The notes: generated from the sequence alone by a model not told the origin. DNA of 62,286 nucleotides, filler included, from Basidiobolus ranarum (GCA_040143965.1; 31 parts of 31 records of this genome joined end to end with filler, not necessarily neighbours in it), one strand, 5' to 3'. Numbered from the whole stretch's first letter, positions 34,273 through 48,242 are shown. Numbers and translations are program-made.

Positions 34273-36184
34273 CTCTCCATAGCCTCTTGTACTGATTTGG
34301 TTTCATCAGAAAAGGCTAAATTTGCACTAAGCTCCTTTTGGTTATTGTGGGATTAGTAATCAGGTGCAGATCTCAGCCAATTGGATCTCCTAAGTTGGGA
34401 AATTGGCACTACAACTTCTGGTACCTATTTATTCAATGAAACCTCCTTGGGCATGGTTGAAGAGACTTCAGGCAAGGAAATTTCAATGTTTTTCTCATTG
34501 ATCAGGATCCAGTGAGAGAAAGAAGAATTACATCAATTTTTTGTGATTTTTCTTGATCCTGGATTGTTTTCATTGAAAATGTGTCTTCTTCTGCAAATGG
34601 CATGTGCCTTGACTTGATCAACCTCTTATTTTAAGTGTCGTATAGTCTGTACCCTTTTGTTCCATCACAATATCCCAAAAAAGACATTTCTGGCCTTTTT
34701 GGTCTAATTTTGTCTCTTCTGGGCTGGAATTATTGCAAGTGCAGTACTTCCAAAAACTTTGAGATTAGCCACATCAGGTTTACTTCCAAACTGGGCTAGA
34801 TAAGGTGTCATAGCCAACAGAAACCTAACAGCACATCTAATCCTAATATATACTGCAGTTGAAACCAAATCAGCCCAGAACTATTTTGGAAAATCTTGAG
34901 CATGAAGTGTTGATATCTCCTGTTCCATTATTAATCTGCTTGCATGTTCTGCTACTTAATTCTGCTCTGTGGAATGTGGCACTATAGTCTACTGTTTCAT
35001 CTCATGTGTTGAGCAGAAGTTAGAGAAGAGTTCTGAGATATATTCCCCTCCATTAGCAGTATGGATAATCATAATCTTTAGATCTGTTTCAGTCTCCACC
35101 TTTACTTTGAATTTCTTGCACGTATCAAAGGCTTCATCATTACTGGCCCGAAATACACCAAAGTAGACTTTGTCTGATCATCAATAAAAGTCATAAAATA
35201 CTTTTTTCTGCCTAAGGATTTTGTCTGCATGGGGCCACACAGATCTGAGTGTATGTGGCCCATTTTCAATCAATTTTGCTCATTTCAGAGCGCACAAACA
35301 GCTGTTGGTGTTGCCTTCCATATAGGCAACCTTCACATAGCTCCAGATCTGGTAGAATGATGAAACTTAATCCCAAAACCATCTTGTTTTTGATTAAGAG
35401 CTGGATTTTCAATCTATCTCTTCATCTTTGGCAGTATTAACTTGTAAAATATATTAGCCTAATATAATGAAGTTTATACATGTTATTTTTATTAGCACCA
35501 GAAGCTACATAATTCCCTTTTTGAAACCTGATTGTACCAAAATTTTGATCAAAATTTAAGCTATATCTCTCAGATGTAGCTTTACTCACTGATGATAAAT
35601 TCTTTGTTATCCTAGGCACATATAGTGCCTTTTCAGTGTCAAATACATGGCCCCAGAGATACCCCCAAGATCTACTTCAATTTCTTCCACTCCCAGAGCT
35701 TCTAGTGGCCAGTCATCTTTCTTATAGACCTACTTGTTTATGTCAGTTTTGAGTGTCCTAAACCAGTTTCTTGGCTTAGAGAAATGTTGAGAGGCTCAAG
35801 AATCAATATACCATGTCCTACAGTCTCATTCAGAGGTCACTGATAGGGCAGAAATGAATGAAACTTCCTCTTTGGTTGAAACTTGATGTGCTTGTCCTGA
35901 CTTCTCATTTTTGTTGTAATTTCTTGGTTTGCAATCTTTTAACTGGTGTCTTAGTTTGTTGGAACCATAGCATAAACCAGGTTTCCTTCTTACGTTACCT
36001 TTGTACTTGCCAAAGCTATGTATTCCAGCTCCAAAAAGAGCCACTTCCTCAGATTCTTTTTCCAAATTCTTACTTCTGAGGTGTAGATCCATTAGTCTTG
36101 CCACCAAAACTACAAAGATAACTTGTCAAATCTTGCTTCCAAAGATGTGACCAAGTTTGAATACTGTTCTGGTAGACTCCTTAG
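34273..36184 (-). mobile_element. Degenerate Ty1/copia gag-protease-integrase
   Basis: TWYIDS*ASQH, HSDLCGPM, FMTFIDD, TANGGEY, NLKVFGS and RHKIRPK-like motifs. Confidence 0.88.
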
Positions 36185-36284
36185 NNNNNNNNNNNNNNNN
36201 NNNNNNNNNNNNNNNNNNNNNNNNNNNNTTAATTAATTAANNNNNNNNNNNNNNNNNNNNNNNNNNNNNNNNNNNNNNNNNNNN

Positions 36285-36392
36285 GTAGTAAACTATAAAT
36301 AGAACATATTCAATTCAATAAAACTTAAGTGTCTAATTCACAAATCCAAATCTTGTCCAAAACCCTTCCAAATCCCCTAAACACTTTCATCA
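36285..36392 (+). repeat. 3' end of a copia LTR
   Basis: Matches 28236-28333 and, reversed, 41949-42060. Contains TATAAATA and AATAAA and ends in CA. Confidence 0.78.
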
Positions 36393-36424
36393 CGAGCATC
36401 ATTCCATTGCAGGTGCACTCCATT

Positions 36425-38195
36425 CCCTGACAAAAATTTGAGGTTTGTTATCATAAAAAAACCATCACAATTTAATCCATTTGAGATTAACCATTTACTT
36501 ACCTTGTAGAATCATCAAGTTAGATATGATTTTGATCAATTTTTTCAGTTTCAGGAGTAAAATTTCCAGATCTTGCAAAATAGTTGCACATGATTGACTA
36601 CAATTTCAGGGAACTGTGGATCAATGCATGCGCAAAAAAGGTATTCAATTTTTACACATCTACCACTAGGACACTAATTTGTCACCTTCAAAATTCCTAG
36701 TTTCTTTCATATATTTTCCTGTAAATTTTTATAGACTTATTAAATACCCAAGATATAGCTCATATTCAACACAAGTTTGTATCAATATCTCCATCAAAGC
36801 CCAACAATGTATTAACATTTCTCAATTGACATTCTTCCAGCTATCTGGCAGATACCCTGCAATATTGTGCCACTCTGTATTAAGTTCTTCCCAGATGTCT
36901 GCATGGCTAACACCAGACTTAATGTCAAGTTGAATGTTCTTTTTCTGAAGCCACTTTTTGCATTCTTGCACTATGTTTTTCCCTTTGTACTTTTGAAAAT
37001 ACTCCTCAAGCCCTTTTACTATTCTCATCAGTCCTTGTAGTGAGACACAACTGAGGGTTCTTTGTGATGTTTGTGTGGCTTTTTGCTTACCTTTAACTTT
37101 GAGGCTAATTTTAACGCTTTGAAAAGGACTAGTTGAGGTTGGAGAGCTGTGAGTTTTATTTACTGGTGTTTCAGCTTGTTGAGGGGTGCCAGCTGTTGGA
37201 TAAACTTCCGTATTTGGCACTCTTGCAACTGGTGTACCTTGCTCCATGTTGAAATCAAGCTTTTTTGCCAGTATGTCTGACTCTGGAAATACAGATCTTT
37301 GCAATGGTGTGAAGAATTTGGTAAGTGAGACAGTAGAGCCTTAACTCACTGGCTCCTTTACTTTTCCCTTGGGTTTACTAACTTCCTGCACCTTGTGTAC
37401 ATCTTCAGCTGATTTTCTTTTTTCCCAAGTTGATAAATGTGTAAATTTTTGAAATATTTTATGAATAGGACTATACTAACCCAATTGCAACTTGCTTGCA
37501 AAAACCAGGATAAGCCACATGAAATAAGTCCAGAACCTTCAGAGTAACACCAGGTTTTGGTTTTGCCATGATTAGCTCAAATCCTTGTGATATTGAGCAA
37601 GTTTCCACAGAGTTTTGAAAATGTCAAACCACTCATCATTCCTTGAGTTAGTTTCTGACATGTTAATGCCTTCCAAACTGGATAGTGGATTGCTAGACTG
37701 TTCAACAATTAAGTCCTCTGTTCTCGCTTGTTTTTTTCCTTTCATGCCAGCAGGATTTGCTTGGAAATCAACCTTGATTTAGATTTTGAATGCATTTTGA
37801 ATGGCAATGAAGTTTTCAGATGGTAAACTTGGGATAAGAAATTGCTTAGAAACAGCTTAGAATATGCCAAAATTGGCACCCATTACCAGAAATATCTTGT
37901 AAATCCCATGATGACTCATCTGTAACACCCTCTTGGAATCAGCTAATGATATTGATGGGCTATATCTAAAATACCACCCATACAGAGGGGTGTTCTTTTC
38001 TCCACAATATCCTTTTCATGCCACAGCACAAACTTTTAAAGAAGCCCTGCTTTTATTGTCACAAATTCTTATGCTATGAAAGCCAGAGGTTTCATAGAAA
38101 AATTATCACAAGCATGGTCACTCTACAAGGCCACCAGCTGCACAAAGCCTGGTGAATAAATACAGTAATAAGTATGCAAAATTAACTTTAGTCTT
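36425..38195 (-). mobile_element. CACTA ORF2-side arm: TIR, most of ORF2 and its upstream region
   Basis: Starts CCCTGACAAAAA. ORF 36822-37304 is the ORF2 core, and homology with 40550-41763 extends to about 37650. Confidence 0.82.
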
Positions 38196-40549
38196 NNNNN
38201 NNNNNNNNNNNNNNNNNNNNNNNNNNNNNNNNNNNNNNNTTAATTAATTAANNNNNNNNNNNNNNNNNNNNNNNNNNNNNNNNNNNNNNNNNNNNTCCGA
38301 ATAACAGTCAAACTTCATTTGCTAGAAATAAACATGAAGGTTGGAGAAATAGAGGTTGTTAAGGGATTTACATTCAGTGTTGTGAAAGGTGTGCTAAACT
38401 CAACATTAGGTCATTACACATCATGCTTACTCCCCTGTAGATTGAATTGCACCGATTATTTTACCAAGGGATAGCTACGCGAATAAAAGGTAATACCAAA
38501 TTCTATGTTCGCCCTCCTCTCCATTGGTACTATGCTCTACCTCCCGCAGCTCAGCGACTTGAAGTCGATGATTTGTTAATCTTAAAAAGATGAGATCATT
38601 ACGAATTATGAAACTGATTCAGCATGACTGGTACATTTATTAATACAATAATTCATATATGAGTAGCCTCATATCTTCGAGGTTGGTGAATGTAAAATTG
38701 TGGGCGAGCAAATGGGAAGGCAAAATGCTACTACTACCTGTGTATCATGTGTCTCGCTAAGTGATAAATACTCGAGTGTAATAGAAAAGACACATCTCTT
38801 TGTATTTCTCACTAAACATGATCAATGGTTTGTTCAGTACAGACATGCAATACTCAATCATCGTACCCAAGTCCGAGATTTCCTGACTCACGACAACAAT
38901 CCAAGTCAGATAATGGCATACTTGAGTAAGATGATTGAGTATTACATATATACTCTAAACAATCCCTTAATAGTGAATGATATGAACGGACATCATGTAT
39001 GCTTTGAACACCTACACTCAATTATTTCTAACATGGTTGATATTCAGTTACTCTCAACATCACTGACGCCTCCAATTTTTTTCCGACTTTGTCCCAGTAA
39101 CAATTGGCATTATTACAACTTCTCTCCTTCACTGATTACTTTTCTTCCAAAGAAGTTATAACGGACCTTGTCTCTGTAACGGTCGTCGATATTATCGCCG
39201 TTACAATTACAATCACAGTACTCTCGATGAGCTCGCGGCAGCTCTGGTACTAAGGCATTTGAAATTTGGAAATCCGATTAGTTGCAGTCATCCTCGGCTG
39301 CGCGCAAGTAGTGAATGTTAAAGATTGTATAGTTAGAAATAGGGAAGCTGCGAAGGAATGGAATGTGAAAGGAGTTTGCTTCCAAAATGCTCACACCCGA
39401 GAATCAACGAGCATGATAATTACTAATGTGATTGCAACATTTCTAAGTGCTCAAACATGGAGAGATGATGATTATATTTATATATTGTGGAGATATTGCT
39501 CCAAGTAAAGTACTCCTATTCGCTACTATTGGTGTGCAATTTAGCCTACTAGTTTCTCGATATAGGCTTTCCCCCTCCTCTAATGTTCTGTATATTTGCC
39601 CATGTTATTTATGATGCGGTATTGGGTTAAATGATCGAAGCTTTAAAGCCATGATTGAAAGTTATCTACCTCATCTATTTGTTCTCCTAAAATCGAAGGC
39701 ACTCTCCTATTAAGCCGATAATGGTGCCTCTAACAAACCTACCACTTACATGGGTGTAATAGTTTCTCAAACACTCGATTTCTATTTAAAGACTTTCTCA
39801 GTGAGTCATGTATTTGGAACACAAGGATTATGATTTGCTGAAGAATGTGATCCATACTTGTGAAACCAAACTTACGTAAAAATGATTTCAGTTAAAAGGT
39901 GTCAATACTTGATTGGTTCAAAATTTCCTTTTAAAGCAGTGATTGAATTCTGATTGGATTATTTCTGATGACACATGTGAAGTTGAAACTAATCAGTCTC
40001 AATGAAGAAATTGATAAATAATAACTACCTGAGATATACATCATTTGGACAAATTCAGTGAAATTATTTTTAACGTCAAAAATTCTAAGGTTAATACTGT
40101 AAATGGCTATTTGTCTTAGATGACAGAAAGAAAACATTTACATAGGTATCATAAATAATGAGCTTTTGAATGTTGTAGAAAATTCCTATATTTCTAAGAA
40201 TATTGCNNNNNNNNNNNNNNNNNNNNNNNNNNNNNNNNNNNNNNNNNNNNTTAATTAATTAANNNNNNNNNNNNNNNNNNNNNNNNNNNNNNNNNNNNNN
40301 NNNNNNAAATTTCCAATATGGAATTGCTAATTCTCACATTATTCACATATAAATATAATATATGTTCCAATTTTCAATTGAGTGATATTTGACCATGTAA
40401 CGTTAACTAACTTATATGTGATATATCAAATAGTCAGGTGTATAAAGATAGAGATAAAACATATGACAAAGACAATAAACTTCAACAGAAATCTCATAAG
40501 AAAACCAGCAAACCAAAGACTCTGAATATCAGAGCTGCCATCACTTGCT

Positions 40550-41763
40550 CTGATGATCAGTAGTTTAACATCTTGGAAACTGTTTGGAATCTTACCTGGA
40601 ATCACCTGGATTTGAGCCAATCATGGAAAGCCACTAACCAGGCTTTACTCAGAAGGTTCTTGACTTATTTCATGTGGCTTATCCTGCATTTTTGCAAGCA
40701 AATGGCAATTGGGCCATTACAGGCCTATTCATGGAACATCTCAAAAATTTATGCAATTATCAACTTGGAAAAGAAAGAAAATAGCTAAAGAAGTACTCAA
40801 GGAGCAGGAAGTTAGTAAACCCAAGGGAAAAGCAAACGAGCCAGTGAGCTAGGCTCTACTGTCCCACTTGCTAAATACTTCACTCCATCACAAACATCTG
40901 CATTTCCAGAGTCAGATATACTGGCAATAAAGCTTGATTTTACCATTGAACCAGGTACACCAGTTGGAAGAGTGCTCAATGTGGAAGTTTATCCACTACC
41001 TGGCACCTCTCAACAAGCCAAAACATCCACAAATAGAACTCATGGCTTTCCAATCTCACCTGGTACTTTTCAAAGTGTTGAAATTAGCCCCAAACATAAA
41101 GGCTAGCAAAAAGCTACACAAATACCACAAAGCACCCTCAGTAGTGTCACACTACATGGCCATAAGAAAATAGTCTAAGTGCTTGAGAAGTATTTTCAAA
41201 AGTATGAAGTGAAAAACACAGTACAAGTATGCACAAAGTGGCTTCAGAAGAACATTCAACTTGACATTCAGTCTGGTGTTGACCATGCAGATGTCAGGGA
41301 AGAACTTAAGAGAGAGTAGTACAATATTACAGGGTTCCACCAGAGAGCTTGAAGAATGTTGATTCAGCAATGTTAATACAATGGTGAGCTTTGATGGAGA
41401 TATTGACACAAACTTGTATTGGGTATGAGCTAAACCTTTAGTATGAAGAACTCTATAAAAATATTCAGGAGAATATAGCAAAGAAACTAGGAGTTTTGAT
41501 TGTTATAAATTGGTGTTCAAGTAGTAAAGGTGTAAAATTTGAGTTATGTTTTTGCACATGCATTGATCCATAGTTATATGAGATTGTAGCCAATCATGTG
41601 GAGCTATTTTGCAAGATCTTGAAGCTTCAGTCCCAAAACTGAAAAAATGATTAAAATCAAATTTAACTTGACAAATTTATGATGGTAAGTAAATGGTCAA
41701 TCCCAAATGGATTCACATTGTGAGGGTTTACCTACAATAATAATCCTCAAATATGTGTTAGGG
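40550..41763 (+). mobile_element. CACTA ORF2 copy and TIR
   Basis: LDLFHVAYPAFLQANGNWAITGLFMEHLKNL N-terminal block, then the ORF2 core. Ends GTGTTAGGG at 41763. Confidence 0.82.
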
Positions 41764-42216
41764 TGTTCCGCAAAGTGATATTAGATTGGAAGAGTGAGTA
41801 GGCAGTTAGTAAAGGAGCAGAGTCTTGCACTTCAGCTTCTTGCAAATGTCTTTGAAATCTGTTGCAGAATTATTGGAGAGTTTCTCCCTGTTGCATTCTA
41901 ATTCTGCAAAGATCATGGTGAAAGTAAGCTTTCTTGAGTGGATCATCATGATAAAAGTGTTTAGGGGATTTGGAAGTATTTTGGACAAGATTTGGATTTG
42001 TCAATTAGACACTCAAGTTTTATTGAATTGAATATGTCCTATTTATAGTTTACTATGAAATAGGACTATTGGACGTGCTTAGATCATAACAAACATGCCT
42101 GTTATGCATGGGTGAAAATTTGAGGTGATTTGCAGAAGTTTTGAGAAAATAGTGAAAATTGGTAAAAGTGATCTAATTGATATTTCTATCAATTAGAGCA
42201 ATAAACACACGTTTTT
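41764..42216 (-). mobile_element. Integrase-like fragment followed by a copia LTR (41949-42216)
   Basis: The LTR part is the reverse complement of 36285-36392. The minus-strand peptide NNSATDFKDICKKLKCK resembles an integrase core. Confidence 0.65.
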
Positions 42217-42379
42217 NNNNNNNNNNNNNNNNNNNNNNNNNNNNNNNNNNNNNNNNNNNNTTAATTAATTAANNNNNNNNNNNNNNNNNNNNNNNNNNNN
42301 NNNNNNNNNNNNNNNNTTCCAATAATAAACAATGTAAGTTAGAATCAAGATCATAGTTCTATAGCGATAGTACTGACGC

Positions 42380-43465
42380 CTGATCCTGCTACTTGTAACA
42401 GGACAACTGGATCATAGTTCTGGTTGGGCATTCAATGTGTTGCAAGTGCTCAAATAATGGGATGCTGCATAATTCTGATGACTGGCCAATTCTGTAATGA
42501 AACATATCGATTAGTAAAAAACACATGGCATTTGCGTATTACAATTGTAGTCTTACCTTGGCTAAATTTAAGTGTTCAATAATTCTTGCTTTGTATCTAT
42601 ACATTAGAAACTTAATAAATCCATAAAATCATTGGTTGAAGAAAATCAAGTTACTGTACGACTTCTAGAAAAGAGCCTCGCACACTGAAGAAGTTCTCTT
42701 TTGCACACATATCCTCCGAAGGTACATCAAATATTTTACACAAGAAGGAAGCTAAAGCGATTTCGTAAAGCGATTTCGGTATCAGAGATTGGCTTCTTGT
42801 ATCTCCAAGGCTTTCTTGTTTGGACAAATTGTTCGACAATCTTAATACTTTTTCATGTCGTTGACGTAGCTTTCCTCTTGACAATTTCTTTTTCATATCG
42901 TTGACGTAGCTTTCCTCTTGACAACTTGCCCAATGAATTTTTAGTCAAGATGTTTTTGGAGAGTGGCAGTATTACGTGAGGTGGCTGAGAGCATTGTTGA
43001 AGACTGGAATGAGTATCGGATAGTGGGAATGAAGGAAGATAGAAAACGGAAACTTGTTCGGTTTGAGAGCCCTTTGGCCGGATAGGACAAACAGCGACGA
43101 AAAGATAGGACAAACATCAAGATATGAAGGAACAATCCCGTCTATATCTTTAATGCAGCCTCGAGTTCATTGCTGTAATAACTTACACCACGAAGAATAT
43201 TACTATCCTTGGTTCTTCTAACAAGTTCTCATTGACAAGATTGTCTGTATCCCCTGTTCAGAACCATCCATCTTTAGTGAAGGCTTGTTTGCTAGCCTCA
43301 GGATTGTTGTAGTAATGCTTGAATAGCTGAGGACACGATATCTGTAGATTACAGCAAGAGTCAGCTGGCAATATTTCAAGCGCACTTCACTGGAAGAATG
43401 ACCTAGTGTACCGAATTCCTTGGTGAATGGAAACAGTTTGTTATAGATACTGGCAGCGCAAGTTG
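42380..43465 (-). pseudogene. NRPS-like A-T-TE enzyme pseudogene (atromentin-synthetase/TdiA/MicA-like)
   Basis: Remnants in order: CAASIYN, EFGTLG, FKHYYNNPEASKQAFTKDGWF*TGD, ELEAA, KNSLGKLSRGKL, thiolation-like NFFSVRGSFLEV, PVIRIMQHPII*ALA, then YDPVVLLQ. Stops, frameshifts and two GT-AG intron candidates (one at 42492-42556). Confidence 0.8.
42848..42924. repeat. 40-bp tandem duplication that frameshifts the NRPS-like gene
   Basis: ctttttcatRtcgttgacgtagctttcctcttgacaa occurs twice with a period of 40. Confidence 0.9.
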
Positions 43466-44325
43466 GCTAATAAAAAACTGGGAGCAAAAGTATAACCTAC
43501 TTCTAACACTACAGCAATGGCTAAAAGTGTTGATTACATTGGGTATGTAGTGATTCTTAAATTAACCCGGCCACATATGATCACATCCTACCCAATTTAA
43601 TATGTTTAATACCTTTTGAGTTGAGAACATTTGTGGTATTTTGTTTGCAGAAATTCAGTGATTTGAGTTCAGTTTTATATGTATTATCTGAAGTGAGCAT
43701 TCAGAATTTAAGGTAGAAACGTAAGCTCATAGCAACCTTTCTGACAGCAAAGAAAGATTGAATTCCGACAGCAAAGAAAGATTGAAAAGAGTATTAGAAT
43801 GTAAGAGTCGATTTTCTTCTTCTCATCTTCACTTACATGGTTTTGACAGTGGCTAAGATGTGTACAATACTATTATTCTCACTTACTATTACAATTACAC
43901 TAAACAATCCAAGCATCACCGCATTTAATACAATCTACATAAATACAATCAACATAAGTGCAAGGATACTAGCAGCGAACTAACACAATCAATAATGATG
44001 TAAATCTATTCAAATTATATTAATCTCCGCCTATGCAAGATGGCCTATCTAGACAATAAGAACCGATATCAATATAAAGTCTCTTTCATTGCTCAACAAA
44101 CCAATATCAATATAAATTCTCTTTCATTGCTCCGTGAGATACACAACATTGCCAGTCTACTAGCCTCTAACATTCTAGACTTTCACTGAACAGTTATTCG
44201 ATAGTACACTCCGAACTTTGACACANNNNNNNNNNNNNNNNNNNNNNNNNNNNNNNNNNNNNNNNNNNNTTAATTAATTAANNNNNNNNNNNNNNNNNNN
44301 NNNNNNNNNNNNNNNNNNNNNNNNN

Positions 44326-45194
44326 GCAATGGGTTAAGGAGACTCCAGAGTAAATTAACCTTCTAACAAAGGGCTCTTTTCAATGTGCTCGTGGGTTTTC
44401 ACATTGTTTGATCACAATAACAGCAACAAAGCCCAATCCATGGACACAGAGTAAGTATCTCAATAATTTGGACTAATTTGTTTGTGTGATAATCTGATGG
44501 TATTTTTAGGAAAGTTGCAAGACAGACTTCTTGGTGAGATAGATCAAGATATGCAGTATTATTGTTTTAGCCACGGGGTAATCTATTCATGCAATGATGC
44601 ACCTACTTGTTGCAGGACATTTGTTGACTGCAAGTTGGTGATATTTTGGCTGAAGTCATTATGGAAATTTGACAAAATCCAAGAGCTTGCTCTCATGGTG
44701 AATGGTAACAAGAGTCAGCTATTTGCAAGTGTCAGTGCTATTCAAAATTTCCAATGTTTAGCAATTTACCACCTTTAGTTTGCTGGTAAAGCATATTAAT
44801 TTTGATCAGTTATGTCTGTTCAGTCACATATGTGCATATGTAGAGACTAAATAAAACAAGATTTTTAAATTTTTTGATTCTCATTATGGCTGGAATACAA
44901 AGTTTAAAGTATTTGAATAAAAGAATGCATATTAATTCAAATTCCTGCCAAGTAACTTACCATTCAAAAATTAGATTTTTGTGAAAATTGCAGGAAATTA
45001 TATAACACATGCCAAATAAAAGGATCAATATTTTAACATGCATGAATACCATCAAAATACTATCAAGAAGCCACCATCTCACCATTAAAATTCCTGGCTG
45101 AATGCAAGCCACAGATACTGTTACAGTTTATGATAGTTTTGCAAACCTGGAGGGTGGATCCAATCAGATGAAATTAATATTGTTTTTGTTGTAG
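44326..45194 (+). mobile_element. CACTA transposase 3' part and transposase-side end
   Basis: KGSFQCA and LQDRLLGEIDQDMQYYCFSHG, then the GGGTGGATCC subterminal motif near 45150. Confidence 0.8.
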
Positions 45195-46080
45195 CACTGA
45201 AGCCTTTTAAGATTATTAAGCAAATCATTCCACAGCCTTCTACTTTGAGCTCCCAGATCATTTTAAAGTCCACAATGTATTCCATGTGACTCTCCAAGAG
45301 CCACATTCCAGAGATACCTTGCATGGCTAATCCATTGACACACCCCCATCAATCCAAGTAGAACAACACTCTGAATATGAAGTTAGCAAATTTCTAGATT
45401 CCAGAATTTGCTAACATAAATTGCAATAATCAGTGGGCTTGAAGGGATATTCAACAAATGATCAATCATGGGAGCCAGCAACAAATATTTCCAACTCTAA
45501 GAAACCTTGCCAGGAGTTTCACAAAGCCTACCTGGAAAAACCTGGCCCTATGCTACCTGGAAGCCTTCACTAAAAGAGCAGATACTGTCATGATTCTGAT
45601 CTCAGCATTCTCATTGACTGCAAATAGAATTTGTCTATCATTAGATCATGATACCATATGTAATGTGCCATTCTTTCTTGGCAATCTTGTGCTAGTTCAA
45701 CAATGTTACCCTATATTGAAGTCCTGTTCCTTGGAACATTCCATGAAACCTACCCAATCATATCATCCCACAGATAGTATGTTTCTGCTAAGCACTTCTA
45801 TGGAAGGTCACCTGATCATCCTTACATCATCCCCCTTTGGATTGGTCCTTGTAGTCCCCAACACCCCAACGCTTAAACTTGCCACTGTATATTCCCTGAT
45901 TAGTATATTGTCCTTCACCCTGGAATATCCATATAAGCTCCCTGTTTCCTTGATAAGATCTCTCTGATCAATGCCAGTTATCAATAAAGATTCATGCCAA
46001 AGTGTTTTCCTGTCTGGTCATGTCTTATCTTGCCTTGTGGTTAACACTCAAGTACCCACCTGCTTTCTAGCCTCTTATCC
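45195..46080 (+). mobile_element. Chromovirus (Ty3/gypsy) 3' end: integrase tail, chromodomain, purine tract, LTR from 45586
   Basis: ELPDHFKVHNVFHV, EYEVSKFLDSR, KGYSTNDQSWEPATNI and EFHKAY..KPGP, then AAAAGAGCAGATAC|TGTCATGA. Confidence 0.88.
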
Positions 46081-46334
46081 CAATAAGGAACTGCACAAGG
46101 ACTGGAATCAGGAACAAGTGGATTCAGAAGAAGAACATTAAAGTTGACATTCAGTGTTATTGGGAAAATATGGGCTGTTTGGAGGAACTTTAGAAAAGTG
46201 GAGTTGTGAATAGCTTTGTGAGATAATTATTTATNNNNNNNNNNNNNNNNNNNNNNNNNNNNNNNNNNNNNNNNNNNNTTAATTAATTAANNNNNNNNNN
46301 NNNNNNNNNNNNNNNNNNNNNNNNNNNNNNNNNN

Positions 46335-46870
46335 TAATCCACTGATGATGTATCTATAAGGTGATGGAAATTGCGAGTTGGCAAGGTTTTTAGGCAAAGT
46401 GTTGCTGAGAATGAGAGCAATCTTTTCTATGGAGAAGGCGACCAGGACGTTAATAGGTAATATGATGTATGCGAGAAAAGACATCGGATAATCTTCGTTA
46501 GGGATATCATGACCCGGTACGTTAATTAGGAAGCCATATTTTTGATAATTTTCAACAATAAGTCGAATATTGGTTACAAATAACAAGAGCACTATAAAAA
46601 CGTATGGTGTAAGTGTGGAAGTGAAAAAAAGAGAGAAAAGGTTGACGTACTGGCAAGATTTAGAAAACCACGATAATCTTCCTGAGGTGCATCTTTAGAG
46701 AGTGCGGAATGACGTACTTGAATATGAGCAGGACGAGTATGCTTAAAAGCATATTGATCCAATTCTTTACTTTTGTCTTGAGATTTTTTCTCGTCTACCA
46801 CTTGCTCAACAGGTTTATCGGTCAGCTCTGTAACATCGCGCTTTCGCTGTTTTAAATTAGATTCAGCCAT
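46335..46870 (-). CDS. DGAT1: MBOAT acyltransferase, DGAT1-like, 5' part (exons 46651-46870, 46335-46591)
   Basis: FKHTRPAHIQVRHSALSKDAPQEDYRGFLNLA spliced to MLLLFVTNIRLIVENYQKYGFLI; intron at 46592-46650. Confidence 0.88.
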
Positions 46871-47770
46871 GTGTGGCCAAAATGTATCAATAAGTTGGGA
46901 GATAGAAAGGGCAAATTATTTGATGTGGAAGTAGTGGAGAGTAGACGGAAGAGTTGACATATTTGAAGTTAAATAGTACAACCTATATAAATCTGATAAT
47001 GATTGACAAATTGAAGCTAGAATTCCATTGGATTTGATCCCAGCATGATCGAATAAGCTTCATTAAATTTTCACGTGAATTAGCGATAAACCCGGATTGT
47101 AACGAATAGTTGATCCGAACTAGCGTTAATATAGTCTTAATAAGCCATTCAGAGTTTTAAGGATACGACATTCACCATCTAAATGAGGCTTGCAGTTTGT
47201 AGCACCCCAAAAATCAACTAAAACAGATGACAAACATCGAACATGGATACCATTTGCATGTGAAGAAGGTCGGACTTTATTTGCCACAGATCATCACTGT
47301 TGCGCACTCCATTGACTTTACCATCGTTTAGCCTACGGCGCTGTAAAGAGAGCTCATGACCCCAATAAAATATTCTATCCGGTTGGTTATTTGGTTTCAA
47401 ACATGAAATATTTAGTATGTAAACTTAACTCTCAAAATAGTCCGTTGAATATTAGTGACATGGCTTCTATGTTCACCAAAAAAATGAATAAATCATGGAC
47501 ATGTATGAAGTATAAGTTTCTTGGGGTAATTTCGGGAAAAGAATTACATACAGTTGAAATATTATATGTTTTGTACAAACGGCGATGGGACCGATCAAAG
47601 AAAGAATCGTAGAATAAGACAAAGCAGGTTGGGATGCTTCAAAAAGGCTACTTTTGCAACAATTATAAAATATATGACGGATTAAGCAAACAGTCGTAGA
47701 CGAGGTAATCCAAATGTAGGTATGAGTGTATAAAGGAGAATGTGAATATGACAATTCGTGTATCACTTGA

Positions 47771-48242
47771 TCATTCGTCTTTATCTTCACTAATACCTGC
47801 CGCCGCCAAGGTACGCTTTCTAGTCAGTTTAGCATAATCTATACGAAAATAGAAAACTTAGAAAGAATATACGATGATATTCATCAATATATTTTTTGTT
47901 ACTTACGCAAACCACACGCGTTGCATAAAGTTCTAGCACCATCGGGGCCTCGTCTCCATTCAGGAGTTTCGGTGGAGTTACAAGCGTGACATCTTCTCGG
48001 CTGAGAAGACCCATTCCTTGTTCGCTTTTGATACTTTGATTTTGAATTTGACAGTAAACTTCTCTTGTCACGAATGTATTTCATATCTTCATCCTCTAGT
48101 TTCGAGGGCTCCTCTTCCTCGGAGCCACCCCCCTCCATCTCTGGCTCGGGGTCCAGATTAGTGCGAAGACTTTCTGAGCGAAGACTCATCAGACCTTGCA
48201 AAATCTCGTATGTATGATTGGTCATTTGCTTAAGGAGGTGAT
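47771..48242 (-). CDS. GATA zinc-finger transcription factor, 3' part (exons 47907-48242, 47771-47838)
   Basis: CHAC-X18-CNAC ([20 protein letters not shown]) spliced to HYAKLTRKR, an NsdD/Gat2-like finger. Intron at 47839-47906. Confidence 0.93.

Noticed and set aside
38296..40206. ORFs 38700-39161 and 39266-39508, and a short minus-strand Cys-containing frame near 39140-39260
   Set aside because: No recognisable motifs, non-ATG starts and no supportable splice model; left as unique, probably intergenic DNA.
45458..45967. 169-aa ORF and similar ORFs at 56384-56831
   Set aside because: They run through LTR sequence, and the frame is not maintained in the copy at 13626-14030.
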